Virus record (IMG/VR): IMGVR_UViG_2541047295_000015
Location: 1 to 64,000 of that record
Direction: 5' to 3' (one strand)
Length of the DNA stretch: 64,000 nt
From: a virus
Lineage: Duplodnaviria; Caudoviricetes
Shown: positions 29,548 through 40,182 of the stretch, piece after piece
Position numbering within the stretch: position 1 is the stretch's first letter
Layout of the letters: each line of letters starts with the position of its first letter
Made by a program: the position numbers and the translations under genes
The notes under the pieces: generated by a model
Seen by the model: only the letters and a program-made list of their open reading frames with translations
What the model was told of the DNA's origin: nothing
Database searches by the model: none

Positions 29548-32500
29548 ATAAACATGAGTGGTATCAAAGCTTCAGCAGATTCAGGGAAAATCAGTCTTAA
29601 CAAAACTGCTAAAACATTACAAGAAACAGCTAAAATAAATGTATTAGATAAACAAACCGGTCAAGTAAGAGATATGATGTCAATTTTAGATGAGTTGGCA
29701 GAAAAGTGGCATAGTGTTGGAGAAGATGCCTTAACTAAAAATCAAAAAAGTGGTATTGCTGAAAGTATTTCAGGCAAAAACCACATAAATACTTTCATGG
29801 CTATCATGGATAATTGGAATCAGGTAAAAAAATTCCAAAGTTCATGGCTTAGTGGAGAAGTGCTAGGCTCTGCTTCTGCGGAAAATGAAAGATTCATAAA
29901 TTCGGCAGAGGGAAAGATTATAAAGTTAAAAGAAAGTCTAAAACAATTAGTTACAGATACTATATCTACTGATATGTTTAAGACTAGTTTAGATGGATTA
30001 TCTGGAATCACTGGTGTTTTAAATGGGATAACTAAAGCAGCAGATAAAATGCACATTTCCCTTCCTGTAGCATTAGCAAGTTTATCAGCTTTATTTATGA
30101 CGATTAAAGCATTGGGTACTGGTAAACCAATCACGAATTTGTTTAGTGCTGGGAAAAGTGCATTTCAAAATAATAGAAAATCTGTTAAATTTAAAGATTT
30201 CGAAAAAGCAACGAAATTTACTAATCAATATACGAATGCCATAAATAAAAATACTAATGCTTCAAATAATAATGCTAAATCAAATGCTATTGTCAATAGA
30301 ACTATAAAAAGTCAAAAAGGTATTGTAGGGAATTATGTATCAACAACTAACAGTTTAAAAAAGGCTACAGCTAAAGAAATAAAAATAAATGAAGACAGAA
30401 CAAAGTCGTATGAAAAGTACAATCAAAAATTAAAAGTAGTATCTAAAAGTAGAAAAGATACAATCGGTGATGGACTTAGTAATATTGGTAAAGCATTTGC
30501 AGGAAGTAGCATTGTAAATTTTGGTAAGGGCATAGCAACTACAGTCGGAAATTCTTTAGTATTAACTGCTGCATTTGCAGGAGTAACTTTGTTGGCTCAA
30601 GCTATGGAAAATTATGCTAACAGGGAAGAAAATGCATATCAAGCTAGAAAGAAAAATATACAAGCTTCAAAACAACAAATCAATTCATATGAAAGCCAAA
30701 AAACTCAATTACAAGCACTTGCAGAAGAATATGATAATTTATCTAAAAAAGAAAATAAGTCTAAAGAAGATAATAATAGATTAAATGAACTAAAACAACA
30801 GATTGGAAAAATAAAACCAGATTCAGTTATAGGAACAGATGAAAATGGCATACCTATTTTAAAAGGTCAGGTCACTGACTTAATTGCTGAAATAGACAGA
30901 GCTATTAATGCAAAAGAAAGATTGATGTCCTATGATAAACATGACAATGCAGAAACAGCTGCTAAAAAATTAAATTCTCCAAGTAAAAATCCAAATAAAA
31001 CTTTGGAAGAAAGAATGAGAGAAAGTGAAACTGGTAAGCTTGTAAAAATAGAAGAAGATTATACAGCAGAAGTTGAAAAGAATAAAAAAAGACAAGAAAA
31101 AGCAATAGAAAAATATAATAATTCAACTGGCAGAGCAAGAGATAAAGCTAGAAATGAATTAATGTCAGCAAAAGCAGAAGAAGAGAAGATTTATTTCAAG
31201 TATGATGAAATGTATAGAAATCAAGTTAATAAGATTCAAGGCTATTCAAAAGAAATAGGCGATGGAATTTTCTCTAACATTAAGAATAAAACTCTTTACA
31301 GTGGATTAGAAGGAAATGATAAGTCTAATTTTGCTGGACTTGAGAGTTTATTTGATTTTAGTGAGGTTACACCAGATACTTTAGTAGACACAGAACAAGC
31401 AGTTAATAAATTACTTACTGCTGTTAGAAGTGGAAAAGTTGATGTAGGAGATTTATCTAAAACTCTTAAAGATGCCAATGAAGAATTTGCTAGAACACAA
31501 GATATAGAGAAATATAATCAAACAATAGATAAAACAGCTAAGAGCATAGCTAAAGCGACTAATACAGATGTTAATATATGGGAAAATTTATTTGGTCAAG
31601 TTAATCCTAATGGTATTAAGGATATGACATCAATAAATACATTATTAGCGAAGTTTGGTAAGACAAAATTAGATTTGGCCAATGGTGATGAATTTGCAAT
31701 GCAACTTCAAAATCAATTTGATAGCATACAAAACATCTTAGATACAACAACAATAACTGGAGATGTGAAAGTTGATGCAAATATATTAACTGACATTAAA
31801 AATACTAAGGAAGTTCCTAGCCAAGTTAAAGGTATGATAGATTCTTTATTAGGAACAGGGGCAAGTTCCACTGATGTATTGAAGTTCACAATGGATGTTT
31901 TAATGGAGTTACAAACTGGTGACCCAGATATAACTAAACTTCAAAATGACTTAGATAACAAATTTGGAAAAGGTACGTTTACCATAACCCCAGAAATACT
32001 TTTAAGTGATGATTCAGGTCAAGCTAATGTAAATCAAATAATAGATAGTTTAAAACAAAAGTATGAAGAAGTGCCAAAAAAGGTTATTACAATAATTCAA
32101 GCAAATCCTACCACAACATTACAAGAAGCTGATTCATTAAAACAAATGTATGATAGATTTCCAAAAGAAATAAATACTATCATAGAACAAAAGGGTGCAG
32201 ATGAGGGTGGCAAAAAGGTATTAGAGTTAACTTCTAAATATAAGAAGATACCATCTAAGCTTAGAACTAGTTTAGAAACAGATGGTGTTGGACTGGAAAA
32301 AGCTGTACAAATCTCAGAAATATACAATAAAATACCACCAGAACTAAAGACATACCTATTAGCTGATGGGAAAGATGCTTTATATAATGCTACAAGTTTA
32401 AAAGATGCATTAGAACATATCCCGAAAGAGAAAATAACTGAAATATATTTAAATAAAAATGAAAATAACTTTGGGATACAAGATCTAATAACCTCATTAG

Positions 32501-34896
32501 ATAAAATTCCTATGAGTAAAGAAGTAAGAATTGACATCTATAAAGCGTTAACAGAAGGGGATATAGACGCTCTAGGTAAAGCCATTGAAAGCCTACCACC
32601 AGATAAAAGAGTAGAAGTAATTGCCGAAATAGAAAAAGCTAAAGATGATATTAAAACTATTAGTTCTTCTGAAATAGCAAATAAAATTTTTACTATAGAG
32701 GTTAAGGATTTAGCATCAGATACTATTGAGTGGATTCAAAATAAGCTAAAAGAAATAAAGGGTGACAAAGATAAAAAAGACCCTGTCAAAGATGCGAAAA
32801 ATTCTACTGAAGAAGCTATAGGAAAATCTTCAAGCAATAAAAATCCTTTAAAATCAAAAGTAAAAGAAGCTAATGATGTAGTTGACCATATATTAAATAC
32901 TCCTGTTACAAAAGAAATTAAACTACAGGTAGAAAATAGAGACTTTAAAAAACAATTAGATTCAATTACACAACTTGATGGTAGGGATGAAGTAAAATTA
33001 AAACTTGAATCTTCAGGTGTGAATATAGAACAGGTAGGAGTATTTTTAGATACAATAAAGAATCTCCCTACAAGTTCAACATTTACAAATAAATTTATAG
33101 TTGATAATGTAGATAGTTTAAAAGGATTAAAAGATTATCAAGCTGTAGTTGAATGGATTAAAAATAATCCTACAATGGCAATGGACTATGATATCAATAT
33201 AAATAATTTAGAAAACTTTGATGAGCTAAAAGAAGTCTATACTAGTTTAGATACAAAAGAGAAAAAACAAGTATTTGCGGAATTTGTAATTAACAATCCA
33301 AATAAATTAGAAGAATTTCAAGAATTATATAGTAAGACTCCCGAAGATACTAAAACTACTGTTATTAATTTTGCTGTTGAAAATGCAGATAAATTAAGAA
33401 GTGCAATTGATTTATATAATACTACACCAGAAGAGCAAAAAGATAAAGTTTTAAATTTTATATTGAATAATCCAGATAAGTTATATTTAATTCAAAGTCT
33501 TTATGATGACTTTCCTGATAATAAAGATATTATAGCCAACCTTATAGTAAATAATCCAGAAGCATTAGATGAGGTTGAGAAATTAAATGCTTTAGATTTA
33601 AATAAAGATGTAAAAATAAACATAATAAAATCTCTTGCAAATGGAGATATTGATTCATTAGTTGAGGAAATAGATAAATTGCCTCCTGATAAACAAGTTG
33701 AAGTAATTGCAGCGGTAGAAGGAGCTATTGCTGGGATAGATAGTGTTGATAAAAAAACACTAAGTCCTAAATGGGCTAAATTAAAAGCAGATGCAACTGA
33801 CGCAAATAATAAAATCAACCAAACTGAGAATAAAAAGATAAGCGACAAAAGCTTCAATATTATAGGTCATGTTAGTATAATTTCAAAAGTAACAAGTGGA
33901 CTTGTTGACCTTGCTCATAATGCTGGGCTTGGTGGAGGAAAGAGTGATAGGAAAAGTGTACAATCCATAAATTCTATAGAAACTCCACAACCAATTCCAG
34001 CAAATCTATCCCAACCTAGAACATCAGAACCAGTACCAATAAGTGACGAAACTCCTGTAACAAAGCCATCCTTATTCTCAAGAGCAGTATCAAGAGCCAC
34101 GGCACCGATAAAGGCTCTTAAAACATTAACTCAAGACACTCCAATAGATAAAAATTTTGATGCTATTATAAAATATGAAATAGAGTTATTTAAAGAATTA
34201 GAGAACCAACTTTCAAAAGTAACAAATGAACTATCATTGCTAGATAAGCAAATGAAAAATGCTACTAATGAGCAGAAACTCAATTATCTTAAAAAACAAA
34301 ATGAACTATATAAAGAGCAGGAAAGACTTTTAAATAGAAAAGAAGCTCTTACAAAAGATGAAGCAAATAGATTTAAAAAGGTATTGAGTGATAAAGGTTT
34401 CAAGTTTAATTCTGATGGAAACATGACAAATTATGAAGAGTTATCTATAAAAAAAGAAAAAGAATTAGCTAAACTTGAAGCAGAGGCAAATAAAGAGAAA
34501 GCATCTGATAAGACTAAGAAGAAATATGAAGATGCAAAAAAAGCTTGGGATGAAACTAAGAAATATCGTGATGAATATTTAGATATCATGTTTACTGAAC
34601 TACCAAAAGTAGTTGAAGAAAAACAAGAAGTGGTAAATGCTACAAAAGATATAGAAAAAGCAGAGCGAGATTTAAGAAATGAGGCTTGGAAGCTACATAA
34701 AGAATCTGAATGGACATCTATGAATAGAGATGTTGAAGAAGTTAATAATCAACTTGAATTGTTAGATGTACTAATGGGGAATGCCTTTGGTGTTGAAAAA
34801 AATGATTTACTTCAACAGAAACTAGATTTATTAGAAAAACAGAAAAAAGAAATGAGTGAAACTACGTCTTACATGAAACAAGTCAAAATGAAATAA
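29548..34896 (+). CDS. Tape measure protein, exon 4
   Basis: INMSGIK... in frame from 29548; ILDELAEKW...ISGKNHINTF core; long helical repeats. Confidence 0.85.
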   Translation: MNMSGIKASADSGKISLNKTAKTLQETAKINVLDKQTGQVRDMMSILDELAEKWHSVGEDALTKNQKSGIAESISGKNHINTFMAIMDNWNQVKKFQSSWLSGEVLGSASAENERFINSAEGKIIKLKESLKQLVTDTISTDMFKTSLDGLSGITGVLNGITKAADKMHISLPVALASLSALFMTIKALGTGKPITNLFSAGKSAFQNNRKSVKFKDFEKATKFTNQYTNAINKNTNASNNNAKSNAIVNRTIKSQKGIVGNYVSTTNSLKKATAKEIKINEDRTKSYEKYNQKLKVVSKSRKDTIGDGLSNIGKAFAGSSIVNFGKGIATTVGNSLVLTAAFAGVTLLAQAMENYANREENAYQARKKNIQASKQQINSYESQKTQLQALAEEYDNLSKKENKSKEDNNRLNELKQQIGKIKPDSVIGTDENGIPILKGQVTDLIAEIDRAINAKERLMSYDKHDNAETAAKKLNSPSKNPNKTLEERMRESETGKLVKIEEDYTAEVEKNKKRQEKAIEKYNNSTGRARDKARNELMSAKAEEEKIYFKYDEMYRNQVNKIQGYSKEIGDGIFSNIKNKTLYSGLEGNDKSNFAGLESLFDFSEVTPDTLVDTEQAVNKLLTAVRSGKVDVGDLSKTLKDANEEFARTQDIEKYNQTIDKTAKSIAKATNTDVNIWENLFGQVNPNGIKDMTSINTLLAKFGKTKLDLANGDEFAMQLQNQFDSIQNILDTTTITGDVKVDANILTDIKNTKEVPSQVKGMIDSLLGTGASSTDVLKFTMDVLMELQTGDPDITKLQNDLDNKFGKGTFTITPEILLSDDSGQANVNQIIDSLKQKYEEVPKKVITIIQANPTTTLQEADSLKQMYDRFPKEINTIIEQKGADEGGKKVLELTSKYKKIPSKLRTSLETDGVGLEKAVQISEIYNKIPPELKTYLLADGKDALYNATSLKDALEHIPKEKITEIYLNKNENNFGIQDLITSLDKIPMSKEVRIDIYKALTEGDIDALGKAIESLPPDKRVEVIAEIEKAKDDIKTISSSEIANKIFTIEVKDLASDTIEWIQNKLKEIKGDKDKKDPVKDAKNSTEEAIGKSSSNKNPLKSKVKEANDVVDHILNTPVTKEIKLQVENRDFKKQLDSITQLDGRDEVKLKLESSGVNIEQVGVFLDTIKNLPTSSTFTNKFIVDNVDSLKGLKDYQAVVEWIKNNPTMAMDYDININNLENFDELKEVYTSLDTKEKKQVFAEFVINNPNKLEEFQELYSKTPEDTKTTVINFAVENADKLRSAIDLYNTTPEEQKDKVLNFILNNPDKLYLIQSLYDDFPDNKDIIANLIVNNPEALDEVEKLNALDLNKDVKINIIKSLANGDIDSLVEEIDKLPPDKQVEVIAAVEGAIAGIDSVDKKTLSPKWAKLKADATDANNKINQTENKKISDKSFNIIGHVSIISKVTSGLVDLAHNAGLGGGKSDRKSVQSINSIETPQPIPANLSQPRTSEPVPISDETPVTKPSLFSRAVSRATAPIKALKTLTQDTPIDKNFDAIIKYEIELFKELENQLSKVTNELSLLDKQMKNATNEQKLNYLKKQNELYKEQERLLNRKEALTKDEANRFKKVLSDKGFKFNSDGNMTNYEELSIKKEKELAKLEAEANKEKASDKTKKKYEDAKKAWDETKKYRDEYLDIMFTELPKVVEEKQEVVNATKDIEKAERDLRNEAWKLHKESEWTSMNRDVEEVNNQLELLDVLMGNAFGVEKNDLLQQKLDLLEKQKKEMSETTSYMKQVKMK

Positions 34897-35960
34897 AGGG
34901 TAAACTTCAAGGTTTTGGATTTCAATTTAGAGATGATGGTACAATAACTAACTACATTCAACAACTAGACAAGTTATTCCAAAGTAATGATAACTTTGAT
35001 GAAGCAAAAGAATTGGTTGATGCTTATTTAGATTTAATGATGGATAAAATTCCTGATGCCGAAAAAGAAATGGCTAAGTTAGATGCTACAATTAAAGCAG
35101 CATTAAAAGAAAAGTTAGAAACTACTAAAGAAATAGAAGATGAGATAACTAAAGTTTATGAAAAGCAAATTGAAGAACGTAAGAAACAGATAGACGATGA
35201 GCTTAAAAAACGTCTTGATGCACTTAATAAAGAAAAAGAAGCCTACAATAAAGCTAGAGATAAAGCAGATTATCAGCGTGATTATGATGATAAATCAAAA
35301 GAAATAGAGGAACTTCAAAAGAAATTAGATATTGCTGAAAGAGATAGCTCACTATCAGGACAAAAGAAAGTACAGGAATTAAGAAAAGAATTAGAAGAGG
35401 CTAAGAGAGCATTAGAAGATTTAGTTCAAGACCAGATTGATAAAGATGTAAATGATATGTATGATGATGAAAGTGATAGACTACAAGATGAAGCAGATAA
35501 AGCTAAAGAAGATTTGGATAATAAGTATACTAAAGAAGAATTAGCTAGATTAATCAAAGAAGCATTAAATACAGGATTATTTACAGATATAAATGGTGAG
35601 GTTCATGATTTACAACAAACATTGCTTGATTTTGCTGATAAGTATGGTGATGGATTAGGGGCTACAGGGGCTATTATAAAAAGTGAATTAGTTGGTAATC
35701 TTGAAATTGCTAAAAAAGTAATGGAGGATATGTTAGATATTCAAGATAAATTAGGTGTTGGTGAATATAGCAATTATTCAGTACCTAGAGGTCGTAGTTA
35801 TCAACCTCAACAATCTAATCAAAATCAATTTAATTACAATGCTCCATTAGTTAGTGTACAAGGTACTATGAATAGGGATATATTAAAAGAAGTAGAAAAA
35901 ATGATTAAAAAGTCTCAAGATGAACTTGCCAAAGAAATAGTAAGAAAAACTAAATATTAA
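34881..35960 (+). CDS. Tape measure protein C-terminal part in the -1 frame
   Basis: Frame open from 34860; KGKLQGFGFQFRDDGTITNY repeats KVLSDKGFKFNSDGNMTNY of the upstream frame; no clear RBS at 35013. Confidence 0.7.
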   Translation, partial: SQNEIKGKLQGFGFQFRDDGTITNYIQQLDKLFQSNDNFDEAKELVDAYLDLMMDKIPDAEKEMAKLDATIKAALKEKLETTKEIEDEITKVYEKQIEERKKQIDDELKKRLDALNKEKEAYNKARDKADYQRDYDDKSKEIEELQKKLDIAERDSSLSGQKKVQELRKELEEAKRALEDLVQDQIDKDVNDMYDDESDRLQDEADKAKEDLDNKYTKEELARLIKEALNTGLFTDINGEVHDLQQTLLDFADKYGDGLGATGAIIKSELVGNLEIAKKVMEDMLDIQDKLGVGEYSNYSVPRGRSYQPQQSNQNQFNYNAPLVSVQGTMNRDILKEVEKMIKKSQDELAKEIVRKTKY

Positions 35961-36013
35961 AATATTATGGATTTTTATTTTAAAAAAGTTATTTAATTAG
36001 AATAATGACAACA

Positions 36014-36043
36014 TTGACAGTTGTGACAATATTGGAGTATAAT
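36014..36043 (+). promoter_or_regulatory. SigA promoter for the antisense RNA
   Basis: TTGACA-18-TATAAT. Confidence 0.7.
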
Positions 36044-36049
36044 TATGAT

Positions 36050-36205
36050 ATAAATGATATAAAATTTATATCATAAAGACAAAAAGAGACTACAAACTAT
36101 TTGCAGTAGGGTGTAGTTTTTGAAGTTAACAATAAAAAAAATAATAGATTTATGTATTACTTTCAGAATCACTAGACCCTCCAGTCTGGTGATTCTTTAG
36201 TTTTC
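36050..36205 (+). ncRNA. Putative type I antitoxin RNA
   Basis: Follows a consensus promoter, has no ORF, ends in hairpin agaatcactagac/gtctggtgattct plus T-rich run; overlaps the 3' end of the toxin gene. Confidence 0.65.
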
Positions 36206-36311
36206 TAATAGATGCTTTCAAATTTAAGATTGCATCTATCAGCTTTGTCAAATGATTTATTATTCTCGTAATCATAATTATCATTATTAAAAATAAAACT
36301 AAGTACTCCAT
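36150..36311 (-). CDS. Putative type I toxin, 53 aa
   Basis: RBS aagggggtga; MEYLVLFLIMIIMITRIINHLTKLIDAILNLKASIRKLKNHQ...; extended -10 TGGTATAAT near 36387-36395. Confidence 0.7.
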   Translation of the reverse strand: MEYLVLFLIMIIMITRIINHLTKLIDAILNLKASIRKLKNHQTGGSSDSESNT

Positions 36312-36570
36312 AGTCTCACCCCCTTTCCTGGGGATTTTAACTAAAGAGCCATCACCCTAATAGTCTAAACTGTAGTCTCTAAAATCATTATACCATAATT
36401 TACCACGATGTTGAATTTAATATTATATTGACTACGGCAGTAGAATAAAGATATAATATAAAGAACAGAAAATTAAAAATATTTTACATAAAGATTAACT
36501 ACTCACTTTAAGCCACTTTAAACAAGTGGCTATTTTCTTGCACAAAAATTAATAAAGAAGGTGATAAAAT

Positions 36571-38244
36571 ATGGATTTTAATGTGAATCTCAAACAAATC
36601 CAAAGAGAGTATAATATAACCCTCCACAAAGTTAACAAAGAAATTCTAGGTGAAATTCCAATAGAATTTATAGATAGTTTAACTCGTAGCATTGATGGTA
36701 CAGATGAAATTCAATTTACCATACCAAAATTTATAACAAATCGCTTTTCATTCCAAAAAATAATAAATCCATTGTATTATGAAGTAAGTAATGAACGATT
36801 TATATGTGTAGATAATAAAGAGTATTTTGTAATAAAAGAAATAAAAGAAGATGGACATAAAAATAAAGTTATTAGAGCAACATCAGCAGAAGTTAAACTG
36901 GGTAAGATAAATTTAAACATTGAAGATATGGGACTACAGCTATTTACAGAAGATAAGGATGCTGGAATAATAAGTCTCAATGATTATATGAAAGAAGAAA
37001 CTGGATGGACTTTAGGTAATGTAGATGATTCAATAGGTTATGAAACTACTGATACAGGAGAAAAAAGAGAGAAAGTAAGGTGGCAAGAAAGTGTAGATAG
37101 TAATTGGCATGATTTTTTAATTAATGATATTAAAGAGGAATTTGGATGTGTAGTTCAGTTTGACACATATAACAAAAAAGTACACCTATATGATGTAGAT
37201 AGCTTTGGAGACAATATAGAATTAGTATTATCTTATGATAACTATATAAAATCACATGAAAAGACTAGAAATTCAGATGAAATAGTCACTAGAATGACTT
37301 TAGTTGGAAATGAAGAGATGGACATTATTGGAGCTACTGTAACAGGATATAAATATATTGAAAACTATTCATATTTCTTAGAAAATAGCGAAATGAGTAA
37401 AGATTTAATAACTGCAATACTTAAGTATAATGAGATGATTAAATTAAGAGAAGTTGAGTGGTTAAAATTAATAGATGAAAAGAATAAAAAGAAAAAAGAA
37501 TTACGAGACAATAAAAATAAACTCCAAATAATCTATTCTACCATCAATGCACTATATAGTATTAAAAAGACATATGAGACAAATAAGGATACTATTAATG
37601 CTGCCAAGGTAGCAGCAGATATAACTAAGAATAATGATGAAAAAGTAATACTTGAAGTAACTATAAAAAATTTAGAACAACAAGTACTGGAATTAGAAGA
37701 TAGTATAAAACAAATAAACATATTGTGTAAGAGAGAAACCTCAACTGATGAAAATGGACAATTAATCTTTAATGAAATATTACTAGAAGAATTAAAAGAA
37801 TTTATTTATTGTGATACTTATACGAATGATTCATTTTTGAAGGTTGAAGACTTAATTAAAACAGGAAAAAGAGAGCTAGAACTTAAGTGTAGACCAACTA
37901 TTGATTGGACAATAGACTCTGTGAACTTCTTAAGTAGAATTATCAACATGGAATTTAGACAACATTGGAATGGATCATTAAGTGTGGGTGACATAATTAT
38001 ATTCTATGATAGAGCAGAAGGCACTGAGGACATAATATATTTTGTTGGATATACACAAAACTTTAAAGATGGAAGTTTAAATTTGGATTTATCTAATAAG
38101 AAATTAAAGGAAGATAATACAAGAACTATTTCCGATTATTTAACTAAATCAAAACATACTATGGATTCAGTTAATAAGAAAAAGTACTTACTCAATAGAC
38201 AAAAATTCAATAGAATGAATGTCCCAGAAAGTGTGGTGTCCTAA
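36571..38244 (+). CDS. Tail-associated (Tal / prophage tail endopeptidase-like) protein
   Basis: Follows the tape measure gene; FDTYNKKV...LSYDNYIKS...EIVTRM...G pattern. Confidence 0.65.
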   Translation: MDFNVNLKQIQREYNITLHKVNKEILGEIPIEFIDSLTRSIDGTDEIQFTIPKFITNRFSFQKIINPLYYEVSNERFICVDNKEYFVIKEIKEDGHKNKVIRATSAEVKLGKINLNIEDMGLQLFTEDKDAGIISLNDYMKEETGWTLGNVDDSIGYETTDTGEKREKVRWQESVDSNWHDFLINDIKEEFGCVVQFDTYNKKVHLYDVDSFGDNIELVLSYDNYIKSHEKTRNSDEIVTRMTLVGNEEMDIIGATVTGYKYIENYSYFLENSEMSKDLITAILKYNEMIKLREVEWLKLIDEKNKKKKELRDNKNKLQIIYSTINALYSIKKTYETNKDTINAAKVAADITKNNDEKVILEVTIKNLEQQVLELEDSIKQINILCKRETSTDENGQLIFNEILLEELKEFIYCDTYTNDSFLKVEDLIKTGKRELELKCRPTIDWTIDSVNFLSRIINMEFRQHWNGSLSVGDIIIFYDRAEGTEDIIYFVGYTQNFKDGSLNLDLSNKKLKEDNTRTISDYLTKSKHTMDSVNKKKYLLNRQKFNRMNVPESVVS

Positions 38245-40181
38245 TGGCAATATATGATAATAGTTATACACTAAGTTATATAAGAATAACAGGATGTATA
38301 GTGACTTATAATGAAGAGGTTTATACTGTACAAAATGAATCAACAAATAGAAAGTATATATACTGGAACGCAAACAACCCTTATAAACTTGAAACTTCTA
38401 ATTTAATGTTAGATAGAAGTAATACAAGATTTTTAATAGTTATAAATGATAATGGAATTCATACTGAGGTACCTAATGATAGTGATATATTTAGTATAAA
38501 TTATGATGGAGATTCTCAAAAAAACATAGAGAAAGAGATCTATGCTTTATATGAAACAGATAAAGCACTTGGAGATAGATTTATTTCTGTTGAAAAAGAT
38601 TTAGATGGAATACGACAAACAGTTGGAGATGTAAAAGAATATACTAGTTATATTAAAGAGAATATTTCAGTTATAGATCAAAAAGCAGATAACATAAATA
38701 TATTTGTAAAGGAAGCAACTAAAAATTTTAATGACTCTAAGGAGCTTAGTAAATTAAGAGAAGATACAAATAACCTTATAATTAAGCTTAATTCTGATTT
38801 AGGATTATTTAATTCTAATATTAATGAATACTTTAGAGATGATGAAATTACAGATATTGAAAAAGCTCAAATATCTACACAAATAAGTTTATTAGATACA
38901 GACAAATCTAATTTATACACTCAAATACAAAAAATAATTGATAGATGCCAATCAAATAGTGATAGTACAAGTATTGCTGCAATTAACAGTTCTAAAACAG
39001 CTTTAGACAATGCGCATAATAATCTTAAAACAATAATCAATTCAGTTATATCTGATAATATAATCACTCCTTCAGATGTAATTCTAGTTACAAATGGATT
39101 TGCAAAGTATAATTTAAGGGTTAATGAACTAAAAAATACCCTTGATGGAGTATTCCTTAAAGGCATGGGAGGAAGTGTTTCAGAAGAATTTGCACAAATA
39201 AATGTAAAAGCCAATGAAATAGCTTTGAGTGTGAAAAAACTTGATACTAATGTTGGAGAAATGAGTTCTGAAATTAGGTTAATGGCAGGAGAAATTGCTT
39301 CAAAGGTTTCAGAAGGTGAAATTTCTTCAATTATAAGGCAATCACCTACAGATATAAGAATTGGATTTAATAAGATAGCTGATTCTGTTGTTATAAATTC
39401 TAGTGGTTTAACAGTAAATCAAGGAGCTATAGCATGCGATATATTAACTACTCCGTCTGGTCATGAACCAATAATACGATTATTTGGGAGTAGTAGGTCT
39501 GGATTTGCAATAGATGCAAGACAATCAGATGGTGCTAGTCAAGCATCAGCTATAAGACTTAAATATGATAGTAATAATTATTTTTGGGTAGGATATGATA
39601 CGGCTGAAATATATGTTGATGGAGAAGAACATCTTATAGTTGAAAGGGATGATACTTTTGTAAGATGTGGAGGAGCTAAATTTACATTTACAAATGGAGA
39701 TAGATTAGGTATAGGATATTCATTTTATCCAGAACGCTCATCAACTGATTTAGGTTGTGATGGCCACAAATGGAGGTATTTATATGCTCGTTCTACTCTA
39801 AATGAATCTGATAAAAAATTTAAAGAAAATATAGTATACATAAAAGACATTAAAAATAGATCTCGTTCAAGTATCACGCCAACACCATTCTTAGATTTTA
39901 TAAAAGATGAATTTAAACCAGCGACATTTGATTATATAGCAGAAAATGATAGAACACTTGCAGATAGTCAAATAGGCTTTATAGCAAATGATTTTAAGGA
40001 TAATAATATTGGAAAAACATTTTTATATGATTATGGTGAAGAAAAAGGATTATTATTTAGCCCTACAGGATATACAACCGTTGTTGCTACTGCACTTCAA
40101 GAAGAAATACAAAAAAGAGAAGAATTAGAAATGATAGTTAGTGAATTAAATGAGAAAGTAAATATATTAGGAGGGAAATAA
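38244..40181 (+). CDS. Tail spike/central fibre with a C-terminal intramolecular chaperone (peptidase S74-like)
   Basis: Coiled coil, ISSIIRQSP, SDKKFKENI...IGFIA...ALQE. Confidence 0.7.
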   Translation: MAIYDNSYTLSYIRITGCIVTYNEEVYTVQNESTNRKYIYWNANNPYKLETSNLMLDRSNTRFLIVINDNGIHTEVPNDSDIFSINYDGDSQKNIEKEIYALYETDKALGDRFISVEKDLDGIRQTVGDVKEYTSYIKENISVIDQKADNINIFVKEATKNFNDSKELSKLREDTNNLIIKLNSDLGLFNSNINEYFRDDEITDIEKAQISTQISLLDTDKSNLYTQIQKIIDRCQSNSDSTSIAAINSSKTALDNAHNNLKTIINSVISDNIITPSDVILVTNGFAKYNLRVNELKNTLDGVFLKGMGGSVSEEFAQINVKANEIALSVKKLDTNVGEMSSEIRLMAGEIASKVSEGEISSIIRQSPTDIRIGFNKIADSVVINSSGLTVNQGAIACDILTTPSGHEPIIRLFGSSRSGFAIDARQSDGASQASAIRLKYDSNNYFWVGYDTAEIYVDGEEHLIVERDDTFVRCGGAKFTFTNGDRLGIGYSFYPERSSTDLGCDGHKWRYLYARSTLNESDKKFKENIVYIKDIKNRSRSSITPTPFLDFIKDEFKPATFDYIAENDRTLADSQIGFIANDFKDNNIGKTFLYDYGEEKGLLFSPTGYTTVVATALQEEIQKREELEMIVSELNEKVNILGGK

Positions 40182-40182
40182 A

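Noticed and set aside
29382-29603. 73-aa minus-strand ORF over intron 3 as an intron-encoded protein
   Set aside because: Antisense to the intron core with no nuclease motif; a chance ORF
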